Assembly (NCBI GenBank): GCA_030324005.1
Contig: JARDVH010000106.1
Span: 45,229,237-45,293,236, forward strand
Length of the DNA stretch: 64,000 nt
Source of the DNA: Negaprion brevirostris
Taxonomy: Eukaryota
Reading direction: 5' to 3'
This document shows positions 1-11,600 of this stretch, one piece after another. Under the pieces are notes generated by a model, which was not told the origin of the DNA, did not search any database, and worked only from the letters and a program-made list of their open reading frames with translations. Made by a program: the position numbers and the translations under genes. How positions within the stretch are numbered: the first letter of the stretch is position 1; each line of letters starts with the position of its first letter.

Positions 1-129
1 GTCAATGACATTGAAAGCGATCTGTGTTTATGTATAGTGAGACACTCCTCATCTGAAAAATAAATGTTAGACCACTAAGCTGAAACATTGCGCTTAATTC
101 CTGTAGAGCGCAATTTCAAAATCTGCAGA

Positions 130-410
130 CAATACAAAACTTGGACATATTGTGAACTGTGAGGGAGAATAGTGCAGAAGTTCAACAGGACATAGGTTAG
201 TAGAAAAGGCAAACAAGTGGCAAATGAAATTTAATGCAGAGCACTGTGGAATGATTCACTTTAGTAGAAAGAAACCAGACAGATAAAATGATGGAGACAA
301 TTTTAAATGGAATGCAGGAGCAGAGGGACTTCAGTGTCCATGTGCATAAAGCATTAACGGTGGCACAAAGTATTCGAGAATGATCAATAAAGGATTTGGC
401 ATTCTGGACT
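130..410 (+). mobile_element. CR1-clade LINE fragment (RT C-terminal region)
   Basis: aagtggcaaatgaaatttaatgcagagcactgtggaatgattcacttt encodes KWQMKFNAEHCGMIHF, a degenerate CR1 RT motif. Confidence 0.75.
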
Positions 411-1207
411 TTACAAAAAGAACACAGTTCTAAATGTCTATTCCCAACACAGATAGTCGGATTTGGAAGAACTCCCACTTGGTTCATTCGCCTTTTGAGA
501 AAGTGCCTGTAAGCGACAGGATATGGGTCAACTGACCCAGAAAAAAGTCTAACATGGGGGGTGTCGAATGCCGAGACAGGCTGTTTAAAAAGCCCATCTC
601 AGTGCGGTGGACTTTGCCCAGTTGAAGTGAAAACACAAAAGGCCCTCTAGCTCTCACCCCAAATAATCTCCTTGCCCTATCCGTGCCACTTCATTCCCTC
701 ACGCTCCATGCCAGCACTGCTCTTCTTACCAACCCCTGAATCCTGAAACCAAAACTTGGTTTCAGATTCCAGCATCTGCAATAATTTGCTTTTAACCCTG
801 AATCCTGTCGCATTCAGTCTCTTTCCTCAGACAATCCTGGCATGCTGCTAGCAGCCTCTTCTTTTTATACAAAGGGGCGGCGATGGCAAAGTAAAGAAAT
901 GTTATTTCTGAGTACAAGGATGTGAAATTTCAGGTTTTAAAACAAATTTTCATGCACAGATTTCTTAAGGAGCTAATCAATTTCTTGAATGTTTTATAAT
1001 AGATTACAGATTTCACTATTTACATAAATAGTACTGCAGCAATATAAACAGTTTTGAGACATTGCATAATGCATCAGATTGGATTTTTAGATTTTGTTCT
1101 CATAACATAAAAAAGCAACTGAAGTCCTATTTTGTCCTTTTCTGTTACACGTTAATTTGCAATTACATGTCTAGTGAGATCCATAAACACTAAGCTTCAA
1201 ACATCTT

Positions 1208-1932
1208 ACATAGAAACAGAGAACAGAAATGCAGGAGGCCATTTGGCTCTTTAAGCCATTCATCATGATCATCCAACTCAATTGCTCTCTCCTGCCCCCC
1301 CTCTCCACAACCCCCCCCTGCCCCCAATATCCTTTGATCCCCTCCAACTCAAGTGCTGCATATAATTACTTCTGGAAAACATTCAATGTTTTGGTCCCAA
1401 CTACTTACGGTGGAAGTGAATTCCATTGGCTGACCACACTCCAGGTGATGAAATTTCTGCTCATCTCTGTCCGAAACCCTGTGCATTCAGACTGTGACCT
1501 CTGGTGCTGGACACCCCCACCATCAGGAATATCCTTCTTGCACCTTTCCTGTCTCGTCCTGTTAGAATTTTATAGGTTTCTGATAGGATATCACAGAATC
1601 CTTNNNNNNNNNNNNNNNNNNNNNNNNNNNNNNNNNNNNNNNNNNNNNNNNNNNNNNNNNNNNNNNNNNNNNNNNNNNNNNNNNNNNNNNNNNNNNNNNN
1701 NNNNNNNNNNNNNNNNNNNNNNNNNNNNNNNNNNNNNNNNCCTCCACCACTTCAACGGGCAGAGAATTCCAGAGATTCACCACCCTTTGAGTGAAGAAGT
1801 TCCTCCTCAACTCCATTTTAAACTGTACCCGTCCCCCTTATCTTGAGGCTGTGCCTCTAGTCCTGCTGTCCTTTCTGAGCAGGAAGAACCTCTCCACCTC
1901 TACCCTTTCCATTCCCTTCATCATCTTATATG
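1208..1932 (-). mobile_element. CR1 LINE 3' fragments spanning a gap
   Basis: Minus-strand peptide RRNFFTQRVVNLWNSLP is the typical CR1 ORF2 C-terminus; a CR1 3' tail lies near 1208. Confidence 0.8.
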
Positions 1933-2989
1933 TACAGTGAGACGACTAATAAAGTCTTGGTCTGTTATCCTGTATACAATAATCGGCAGTGACAATTGCA
2001 GAATTTGTTTTCAGGATTGGATGAACCATCTGCCAGCCAGTTTTGTTTAATTGACTGTAAAGCATAATTAAGACAAACAGCTGCACATATTGTGTCTTAA
2101 CAATCAAGTTACTGCAAGGCATTTTAAAAGGGGCAAGGAATGTGATTAATATTTGATCTTCTGATGAATGACATTATTAAAAACATTTCTTTCCTCCAGT
2201 TCGTTACAATTTTCAAGATATGAGTTTTGACAACTTCCGACTGATGTGAAATGGTAGTATCCTGAAAGCATAATTTAAGAGCTGACTCCCCATTCCATGG
2301 TCACTGTATTGTCTTCATGTTTTTCTAGATTCTCTGAATAGAAGATGATTTCATATATTTTTCTCAGGCTCTGCAACATCACTAGGATTCCAGTGCTATT
2401 TTAGGGCTGAAATAAGCAGAGCATAAGAGCCAAAAAAGTGGGCAGCTAAGTTTCACTTCAGTTTTGTTGGGGCCAGGAGGAATGGTCAGCTTTAGCCATT
2501 GGCACTCCAACCATTCTTCCAAGAGATTGTGTTCCTGTCAAAAGTCTGCAAGTCCTCTGCTAGCCCTTCTCATGCCCTCACCAAGCTCATGTTTAAGGCC
2601 CACAGGTGAATTTCTTAATTCCATTCCCACTAAATGAGCAACTCGATTTTCCTTTTTTGTCACCTCATATTTTTCAGAGTTAAATTCCATTTGCCACTTA
2701 CAGAACCATAGAAAATTACAGCTCAGAAACAGGCCTTTTGGCTCTTCTTGTCTGTACCAAACCATTTTTTGCCTAGTCCCACTGACCTGCACTTGGACCA
2801 TATCCCTCCATTATCTGTCCATTTGACCAATCCATTCAAATCTTCTTGCAGCCCAAGTCACTCAATCTCATGGCCAATCTTTGTAACTTTACTAATTCTA
2901 CTCCCCACATAATCATTTGTATTGTTTCTATAAATGATGACTAATAGGGGATCTGTAGTGTGCCTCTGGACACTGACTTTCAGTCACTA

Positions 2990-3131
2990 CAGTAAGAAGT
3001 CTCACAACACCAGATTAAAGTCCAACAGGTTTATTTAGTAGCAAACACCACTAGCTTTTGGGGCTTTTCCCCTTTGTCAGGTGAGTGGGGAGTTCTGATC
3101 ACAAACAGAGCATATAAAAGCACACACTCAG
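2990..3131. mobile_element. Penelope-derived element end, truncated by gap
   Basis: Shares the arm gtaagaagtctcacaacaccag.ttaaagtccaacaggtttattt with the copies at 4.2, 33.7 and 62.8 kb. The minus strand carries a decayed hammerhead core (cac CTGACAA aggggaaaagcccc AAAA gcta gtg). Confidence 0.7.
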
Positions 3132-3319
3132 NNNNNNNNNNNNNNNNNNNNNNNNNNNNNNNNNNNNNNNNNNNNNNNNNNNNNNNNNNNNNNNNNNNNN
3201 NNNNNNNNNNNNNNNNNNNNNNNNNNNNNNNCAAACTCCCACAGACACAGGCCCAAATCCATGTGTCCGCACAGCAACAGAGATAGTCTCTGAGCTGTCA
3301 TGCTGCTGTCAATGCTGCC

Positions 3320-3500
3320 ATTGAACCACTTAATCATAACATTGCTCATCTCTGCCATTTTCTCAGCCCTTCTGCTGCCACATCTCTCATCCATGTCCTC
3401 ATTATCTTCAAAATCTCTATTCTTATGTGCTCCTTACTAATCTCTCATATTCCACCCACCATTACCTTAAGCTTATCCAAAATTCTCCTTATGTTTAAAC
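3320..3500 (+). mobile_element. L2 LINE fragment
   Basis: Encodes HNIAHLCHFLSPSAATSLIHVLI and, shortly after, KLIQNS, a degenerate L2 RT C-terminal motif. Confidence 0.6.
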
Positions 3501-4218
3501 TCAAAATCTGATGTCTTCTCCAAAATCCTCAAGGCACTGCAGGAATTCAGCATGATCTTCAGTGGCACAGTTTTGTTCTTGCTGAAGATTAGGGCAACTG
3601 CGCATCTTCACAAATATCATTCTGTTCTTCATCGCTCATTGAGCAAGCTAAATCAACAGCTGAATCATCATTGGCCTGTAATATACTATAGCTGGCTGCA
3701 TCAGCATGAATGCTGTAAGTGGAAGCTGAGCTTTGTACTTGTACGATAAATTATTATAAATGGCTTTCCATTTATTGCATGTAAACAATACAGCAAGTTG
3801 TGTTGAGAGAACCATTCAGACAAGTCAAAAGATACCATTTTGTCACTGTATATGTTGCTGAAAACATATATGGGCTGGAATTGTGGAATGTGAATTGGGC
3901 CAGCTGACACGGGAAAAGTTTGGAATCAGCTGTGGATGGAACTAAGGTGCTGATGTGGGTTGCATAAAATGTCTGCCTTGGTACAGTGGGACTTTGTCCC
4001 AGTTGAAATAAAAGCACAAAGGCCCTCCAGCCCTCACCCTTCGAATTCTCCCCATTCCCTGAAAGGCGTGGGGGGAGGGGAATCAGGTGTTGGACATTAT
4101 ATTGGAAATAGTTTAAAATTCTAGTATATGTTTATTATTTCCACTATTTACTCAAAGGGTTTGAAAATCTTCAGTTCAGCCCACGACAGGTAAGCTGTTA
4201 GCTGTGAGGACACAATCA

Positions 4219-4434
4219 CAGTTAGAAGTCTCACAACACCAGGTTAAAGTCCAACCGGTTTATTTGGTAGCAAAAGCCACAAGCTTTTGGCGAGCTGTTN
4301 NNNNNNNNNNNNNNNNNNNNNNNNNNNNNNNNNNNNNNNNNNNNNNNNNNNNNNNNNNNNNNNNNNNNNNNNNNNNNNNNNNNNNNNNNNNNNNNNCTGT
4401 GTTTACCCCAGTCCAATGCCGGCATCTCCACATC
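4219..4434 (+). mobile_element. Short Penelope-derived insertion with 12-bp TSD
   Basis: Flanked by aggacacaatca at 4207-4218 and 4435-4446. Same arm and tail (tgtgtttaccccagtccaa.gccggcatctccacatc) as the 62.8-kb copy; the centre is an N gap. Confidence 0.8.
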
Positions 4435-5438
4435 AGGACACAATCAGCCAGAGGCTAGCTCCCAGGCAGGACTTCACAAGTGTTAAATGTCAAGGTCTGT
4501 AAAAACGTGAGATTTTTCTACCACCTACTGTGACAGCCAAGTCATCTAGAGGTAAGTCAAGAAGGCAACTCTAGAGAATTCAGTTAGCACTGGGAAAACT
4601 GGGCAAGGGAGTGTAACTGTTGTCCAAAAGCCAAGCACAAATGGTTGTGTCTAAAACCAACTGTAGCCAGTTGTAAATCAGATTCAATAACGTGTATAAC
4701 CCTTACACTGATTGGATGTTAGAATCAAGTAGACATGCACATGTTGTAATTGGTCAATTGCAATCACACCTTAGTCATGATGTAAACCTAATTGATAATT
4801 GTGAACGTATAATGATAAGCTCCTGTGCAAATGTACATCTTTTGACTGGTATGTGCCAACTTCTCATAACTGAATCTGAACTACAACTGTGTGGACAATT
4901 CTTGAATCACGAGTTGGAGCACCAAGGCCAGCCTATATTTTTCTTCATAATAAAGGCCTTGACTGAAATTCCAAGACTCTTCATTCTGTTTTCATGAGAA
5001 TGAGAGAGTGAAGTACACTATAACTATATGTTTCTACCTAACATTCCCCATCCAGGTCATCTCATTTCACTCATCCATCCCTTATGGCCCCTCCTACTCC
5101 TCTGCCAAGCTATGACACCTCCATTGAGTCCATTGACTCAATAAACACTCTTGAGATCAATAGATAACAAGGTTTTGCTGAGAGACCAGACAGCAAATAG
5201 ACTTGTTGAAGTACCTGAGCTCCAGAGAAAACATTGCTTGAATGACAACTTAGGTTTTTTGATCCCTTCTGTCAATTTCAAAATGTTTGTTTACACAATG
5301 TTAAGTAGTTTCAAAGGTTTTTGATGTTTCTAATACTCTAAGGGGTCTGGTTGATTAACACATTTTTGCTTGTTGTGAAATGACCATCTTTAATTTTATA
5401 AATAAATTACTTTTTGAAAAAAAAATTACACATCCTAA

Positions 5439-6447
5439 TGTTACTTATAGGGTTAATTATGTAAATTGGCTCAGTAGACATGAAAGTACCATTTCTTGGC
5501 ACAAAGGGCATAAGGGGTTGAAGAGTGGATGGAAGGGCAGTGCTTTCCGTGGAGATTTCAGAGGGACCTCTTGAGATATCTTTTAAAAGAGTCGTCCGTG
5601 CAGACTAAGGTTTGTGACTACTCAGGAGCCATGGACTCTTAAAAACATGGATTGATTCCATGAAATTTGTGGAGGTGCAGGACATGCCTGTCCTCACATT
5701 GGACCTGGCCAGTTCAGGAGTGTTGGATGCAGGTGTTTGACAGAAACCAACTGACACACTTTAAAAGTCTTCCCAAAAAGCAGAGAGCTCTGAAATGGGT
5801 CAGGAATCCCAGAATCAGGACCCACCTGCCATTTTTGAAGGGTTTCTGAATCATCCCAACTCTGAAAATCCAGGCCCCTCTCTCAGAGTTGGGGACAGAG
5901 AGACAGAGAGGGAATAAGGTTTCAGAACCCAAATGCTGCAGCTAATGCAGTCAGTGAGAGGGGAAGGCTGCATGTCCTCTGCAAATTATCAGGCAGAACA
6001 CAGGAGAGGGGACAGTTTCTAGTTCAATGAGCTGTGTCCCATAGCAATCTAAAGACTCTGGAAGCTCAGGAGAAATCACGAAGTAGACTGCTGCTCAAAA
6101 TCATCTTGGGAACTCAACGTGACTGAGAGAAGATCTTTGGTGATCATTTGGACTCAGTCAAACAGAGAGGCTCAAATGCACTAAAAGCTGGAACTGATTG
6201 GGGAGAGTTTCCTATAAAGATTAACTCTGTAGAGAGCTACAGGGGTTATCTGCATGTAAGTCAATCATCAGGATTATCTTCTCTGTAGTTTAGAATATTA
6301 GTTTCTTATGAGGTAATGATAGTATTGTTTTCAGTTTGTTACAGGTAATGACACTTAAAACTTGAAACTAAACTTGTTCCTTTAAGTTGGTCACTGGTAA
6401 TTCAAATTGTTTGTTTAAAATGATCAGTCTCTACTGGCATCCTAACA
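5439..6447. mobile_element. Probable solo LTR (~1 kb)
   Basis: Begins TGTTA and ends TAACA. The flanks cctaa/cctgg match at only 3 of 5 positions. No coding content. Confidence 0.4.
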
Positions 6448-8348
6448 CCTGGGAAAATGCTAACTTAAAAGAAATTCAACTATTTAGATAAGCTTATGCA
6501 ACTGGATTTATTTCATTCAGATCCAGATAGATTAGAGATGTCCTTAAAGAAATTCATAAAATAACTGATATTAGCATGCCTATTCAGAGATTATCCCAGT
6601 TCAATTCTTTAAAGGAGAATCAGGGAACATGACTTTAAACAGTGTAAAAGTAGGAACAGACTGGATGTTAGGTAATCATTCACTCAGAGGTTGGAGAGCC
6701 CCTGGAACATATTTCTTACCTGGTGGATTCTGACACTGGCCAGAATTTAGCGCCCCACTTGCTATGAGAATCGGGGTGGGGGGGGGGGGGGGAGGGGGCG
6801 GAGAGAAGCGAACCACAGAAAGGGCCNNNNNNNNNNNNNNNNNNNNNNNNNNNNNNNNNNNNNNNNNNNNNNNNNNNNNNNNNNNNNNNNNNNNNNNNNN
6901 NNNNNNNNNNNNNNNNNNNNNNNNNNGTGGCGGAGAGAAGCGAACCACAGAAAGGTCCATTGGCATCAGGTGGGATTTTACCATTTCGGGATGAGCAAGG
7001 CAATAAAATCCCACCCTCTGCCTACCTTCAAGTGGCTTTATAGTGAACAGTTGGTCCAAATGATCAACAGTCTCAGTGAGGTGGAGTGGAATTTTCCAGT
7101 GTATTTTTTCTCATATTGGGCTTTGGTTGATACAGTGCTTCTTTCAACAGTAACAAAAATGCACATCTTTCTATAGTGCCTTTAATAATACCCCTTAAAG
7201 CACTTCACAAAAGCATGATAAAATATGACACTAAGTCACACAAGGAGATATTAGGTCAGATAAATACAAACTTGGTTCAAGAGGTAAGCTTCAAAGAAAG
7301 TGGTCCAAAATTAAGGAAGATTTACCACGTTGGGATAAGTTGCCCCTTTGTTTAGTTGGCAGGATTCAATCTATAAAAATGAACATTCTGTTCAGGTTCT
7401 TGTTTATTTTTCAATGTCTCCCCATCTTTTCACCAAAATCATTTTGTGTTATCATAAACAAGTGGATTTGTCTGGACAGGCAGGACTCCTAAAGCCCATA
7501 GAGCAATATTTCAGAGAGGGAAGCAGAATAGTGTACCAGCATTACCTCAACTACAGTACAATTATTGGGAATATTCAATAGGTTTTATTATGGTGCCATG
7601 ATCCAAGTATAAACCAGTGTCTTAAGGAAGCGCATTCCTGCTGCTCATCCTCTCTTTCTGCCTTAACTTGGAAATAGTTTTAATGATGCCGTCAATATCT
7701 GGTTGGAAGCTCATCCCTGGGATCAAATATGAAACCAAGGTTGTGAGCAGTCTCGTTTAGTTCATTCGGTTGTCAGGGAGAGGGATCTGGAGTCTGTAAC
7801 TAGGGAATGGGTAATGAGTGTGTACCATGATACTACAGTCACCATGGAGCACGGGCAGGTTTAATGAATCAGCCATTCTTTTCTGCCATTCAATTTTATG
7901 TTTATAAACATGGCAGAATCTGCAACTTGATCCAACATCCTCTTTCACCTTTACATCTAAGAGCCCTGTAATAGTACTTGATCAATGGAATTCAATCACC
8001 AAAGAGAATATAGAACTTCTGGTTCAACAATTGCTATGATGACAAAGAGTATTTACATATAGCAAGATCTCCAAAACAGCCAAACAGTTTAATAGCACAT
8101 CTCGAGATATTTTACAGGATTCTTTTAAAACTAAATTGGATAAGGGTTCCTCAGAAATCACAGCAGGTATTCCATCAACCATAATTAGAAGTATCAGACC
8201 AAAGAGTGCCTTCAGCTGTTCACTGGTGCAATGGTTTCAAGAAATTACAATCTCCAAAGGCAGCAAAATTTCAGAAAACTATCTTAACTCAGCATTACTG
8301 ATATACTTCAAATAGTGCCTTGACTTGCATTCCACTTGTACCCTGCCT

Positions 8349-8656
8349 GGGACTGCACAGCGGTTCACACTGCTGCCTCACAGCACCAGGGACATGGTTT
8401 GATTCCCAGCTTGGGTCAATTTTCTGCAGAATCTACATGTTCTCCCTGTGTCTGCGTGGTTTCCTCCAGGTGCTCCGATTTTCTCCCACAGTCTGAATGA
8501 CATGCTGGTTGGGTGCACTGTCCATATTAAATTTTCCCTCAGTGTATCTGATCAGACACCAGAATGTGGTGACTCGGGGATTTTCACAGTAACGTCACTG
8601 CAGTGTTAATGTAAGCCTACTTGTGACACTAGTAAATACATTTTAAACTTTAAACC
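8349..8656 (+). mobile_element. tRNA-derived V-domain SINE
   Basis: tRNA-like head, V-SINE core ttctccctgtgtctgcgtggtttcctccaggtgctcc and a taaact-type tail. Same family as 26881-27167. Confidence 0.85.
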
Positions 8657-11600
8657 CTTGTGATGTTTATTTTTAATTCATATTACAACACAAGGCCATG
8701 GCAACAACTACCTCAAATTAAACCTGATTTTCTTTAACAAGATGTTTAATATGTTTTTCTCTTCTCAGGGTAAGAGTGAAACTAGGAAGGGCACATTTAT
8801 TCACCATTTATAGTTGCCTTGAGAAAGGGGTGCTGGTTGTGGGCTTTCCCCTTGAATCAGTGGTGACGATGCTCATCCAATGGCATTAGATAGTAATTTC
8901 ACAGGTTTAACCCAGTGATAAAGGAATGTCAATATATTTACAAGTTAGAATGATGTATGACCTGAAGAGTAACTCAGGGACAATGGAAGTTCTGTGACAT
9001 TGGTGCTGGTGTCCTTCTTGGTGATAGAAATTGTACAATGGCCAAGCATCTTTAAATTAATTTTGTGATTTGTTACACTGTGTGTTTAATACTTAATTGG
9101 AGGAGGGCCAACTTCTGGTGGGTGAGAATGGATCTGGTCCAGGTAAATCAGGATCATAGATTGACAGACAAAACTGTAATTTAGCCATGGGCTACTTTTA
9201 AAGAACAGATAGTCTGGATACAGTCAGGTACATTCCCAAAGTTGGGAAAAGGGTAAGACAATAAAGCCAAGACTCCCTGAATGGTGAAAGAGACAGTGGG
9301 TGGGATTTTACAGCCTCACTGAGACGAGACCCCGCTCGAGGTCAACAGAGATTTCCGTTGTTGGATCCTCACACTTGGTAGGCGAGGTAGCGTTCTAGCC
9401 AGTGAGTAAAGTAAAGCACAAAAAGGGCGTGTATGACAAATGTCAAGATACTATGAAAGAACATGACTGCATAGAGCTTGTTCAGAGTGGCTGTAAGACA
9501 GAGGGGGCAGGATTTTCCAGCCCCTCCCAAAGATGGGATTGTCTGGCACCTTCGAAGAGAAAGCCCATTGTGGTGGGACCAGGAAGTCTGAGCAAGGGGC
9601 CATGATAGAGAGGCTCTCCATCATGGCAGAAATTTCTGAAATAGCCAAAACTTCAAATATCCTATCCCCAAATCCAGCACATCCCATCTTTGTGGAGGCA
9701 GGACTGACGACAATCTGGGGTTTACACATTTATGATTCGCAGAGCGCAGCTGACAATGTAAATCACCATTTGCGTCCATCAAAGCGGGATCGAGAGAGTG
9801 CAGATTAGAAAAGGTGATAGAAGGTCTGAACTTGTTGGATACATTTGTGCAGTCAGGGTTCCTTGAGGTAAGGCACCAATTCAGTTCAAGTGAACATGAT
9901 TATGAACTTTTTAATGCACAAAATCATTGGAGCTGTCACAGAACTGTTGAGGAGTTGTCCAGGAAATGGCAAAGCTGTCCAGGAAGTGACAAAGGATATG
10001 AGGTGAGTTGGCATGGATGGGGTAAGGGGAAAATTGGTGGGTGCAGCCACGGATGGGCATGAGTTGATACAAATTTAGCATAGGTCATAAGGGCAACAAG
10101 TTACCAATGTGGGTACAGAGGCCTTGATGGGATAAGGATGACGGGCATATGTTGGCATATCTTAACATGGCTTATGTGCCCCAATTCCTGTTTCAGCCAC
10201 ACTGCTTCTGCCACCACCCTGATTCCCTCCCTCCTCCCTGCCAGCTAGGGACCTATTAGAGTGAATAATGCATGAGGGGCTGCCAGTTCCAATCACAACT
10301 GATTGCTGCCTTAATGTTAAGGGCAGTTTCTCATGAATAGTTTCAGAAAACATTTTTAAATTTTCCTATCTGATTTTGGAACAGGCACATCCTGTATATC
10401 TTAATAAAACTGCTGTCTCAGCAGTTACCCATTGACAGCAAAGTTGGTTTGTTGCTGATAACTTGCAATAGCAAGAAAAATGCCTTACTTATTCCCAAGT
10501 TGCAGGGGAGAGAAAAAAAAAACCTTGCTCAGCCTGGTTGTAGAGATGCAACTGAATTGTTTGAGTTCAATGGTCATTCAGTGTACTGTTTTTAATTTAT
10601 TTAGGTGGTACAATATCTGTTTATTTTCCTTGTATTTAACCATCTTCCTTGTTGTCAAAGATGCAACTCCTGATAAACCAGAATCAGAAAGATCATCAAT
10701 GGAATAAATGCATTCATCCGAAGAACAGCTGGCAATCCTTAGGCACAAGGTTTTTGATAGTCATTAGATAAAAGTTTTTAACAGCAATAAAGGCTGACAA
10801 ATGTGCCAAGAGTGTCCATTAAGAGACTGGAATGTGTCAATGGCAGAACAAGGGCACAGATTGAACAACCTGAGGAATGTGGTAGTTGGCCCTAGTGAGA
10901 AGGTGTTTGGAAAATAAGATGGAAAGCAGGATTTTAGAAATGGAAAAACAAAAATAAAGTAATAAAAAATTATGAAGAAAAGAAGAAATTAAATCAAATA
11001 AGATGCTGTCAGGCCTGCTGAGATTTAGCAGCATTTTCCTGTTTTAGAGGCTTTTTTTCTCTCGTTCTGTAAATTATTTGCTAGCTGTTAACTTGGATAT
11101 GCAATCAATTATTGATCCTTATGGAATCGAAGATAGATGTTGTTAAATAGTACGTCAGGTGAGCCTTTCCTACACTGCTGCTAAATCACGATCTCATTCC
11201 AGAAGAAGACACCTCACAAGTGGCAAATACTTCCCCATGAAAAGGAAGGGTTAAATCAGAGTAAAAACATTGCTTGGGTTAAATCAGACCATCAACTGCT
11301 AAGTATGGTTAGAGAACTAGGAAAGGGTATGGTGCTTAACTGTGGTGATAAAAAAACAAGGAGGTTATGAGTTCACTTATCTCAGCCTCTCTCAGTAATT
11401 AAAGATATGGCATTAAAGTGATATTATTAATTCAAAAGCACTTTAATGTGTGCATGCACACGAGCACCTGCACGAGAGAAGTGTGTGAATGGGGGAATGA
11501 ATAAACAGGCCCTTGATGTTTCCTTTCTGAATGTATGCATATTGAAACATCTACAGCTGAACAACTGAAATATATTTACAAAAATTCATTACTGAATATT

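Noticed and set aside
6797-6958. Direct repeat ggcggagagaagcgaaccacagaaagg on both sides of a 100-N gap
   Set aside because: Typical unmerged contig overlap, i.e. an assembly artefact.
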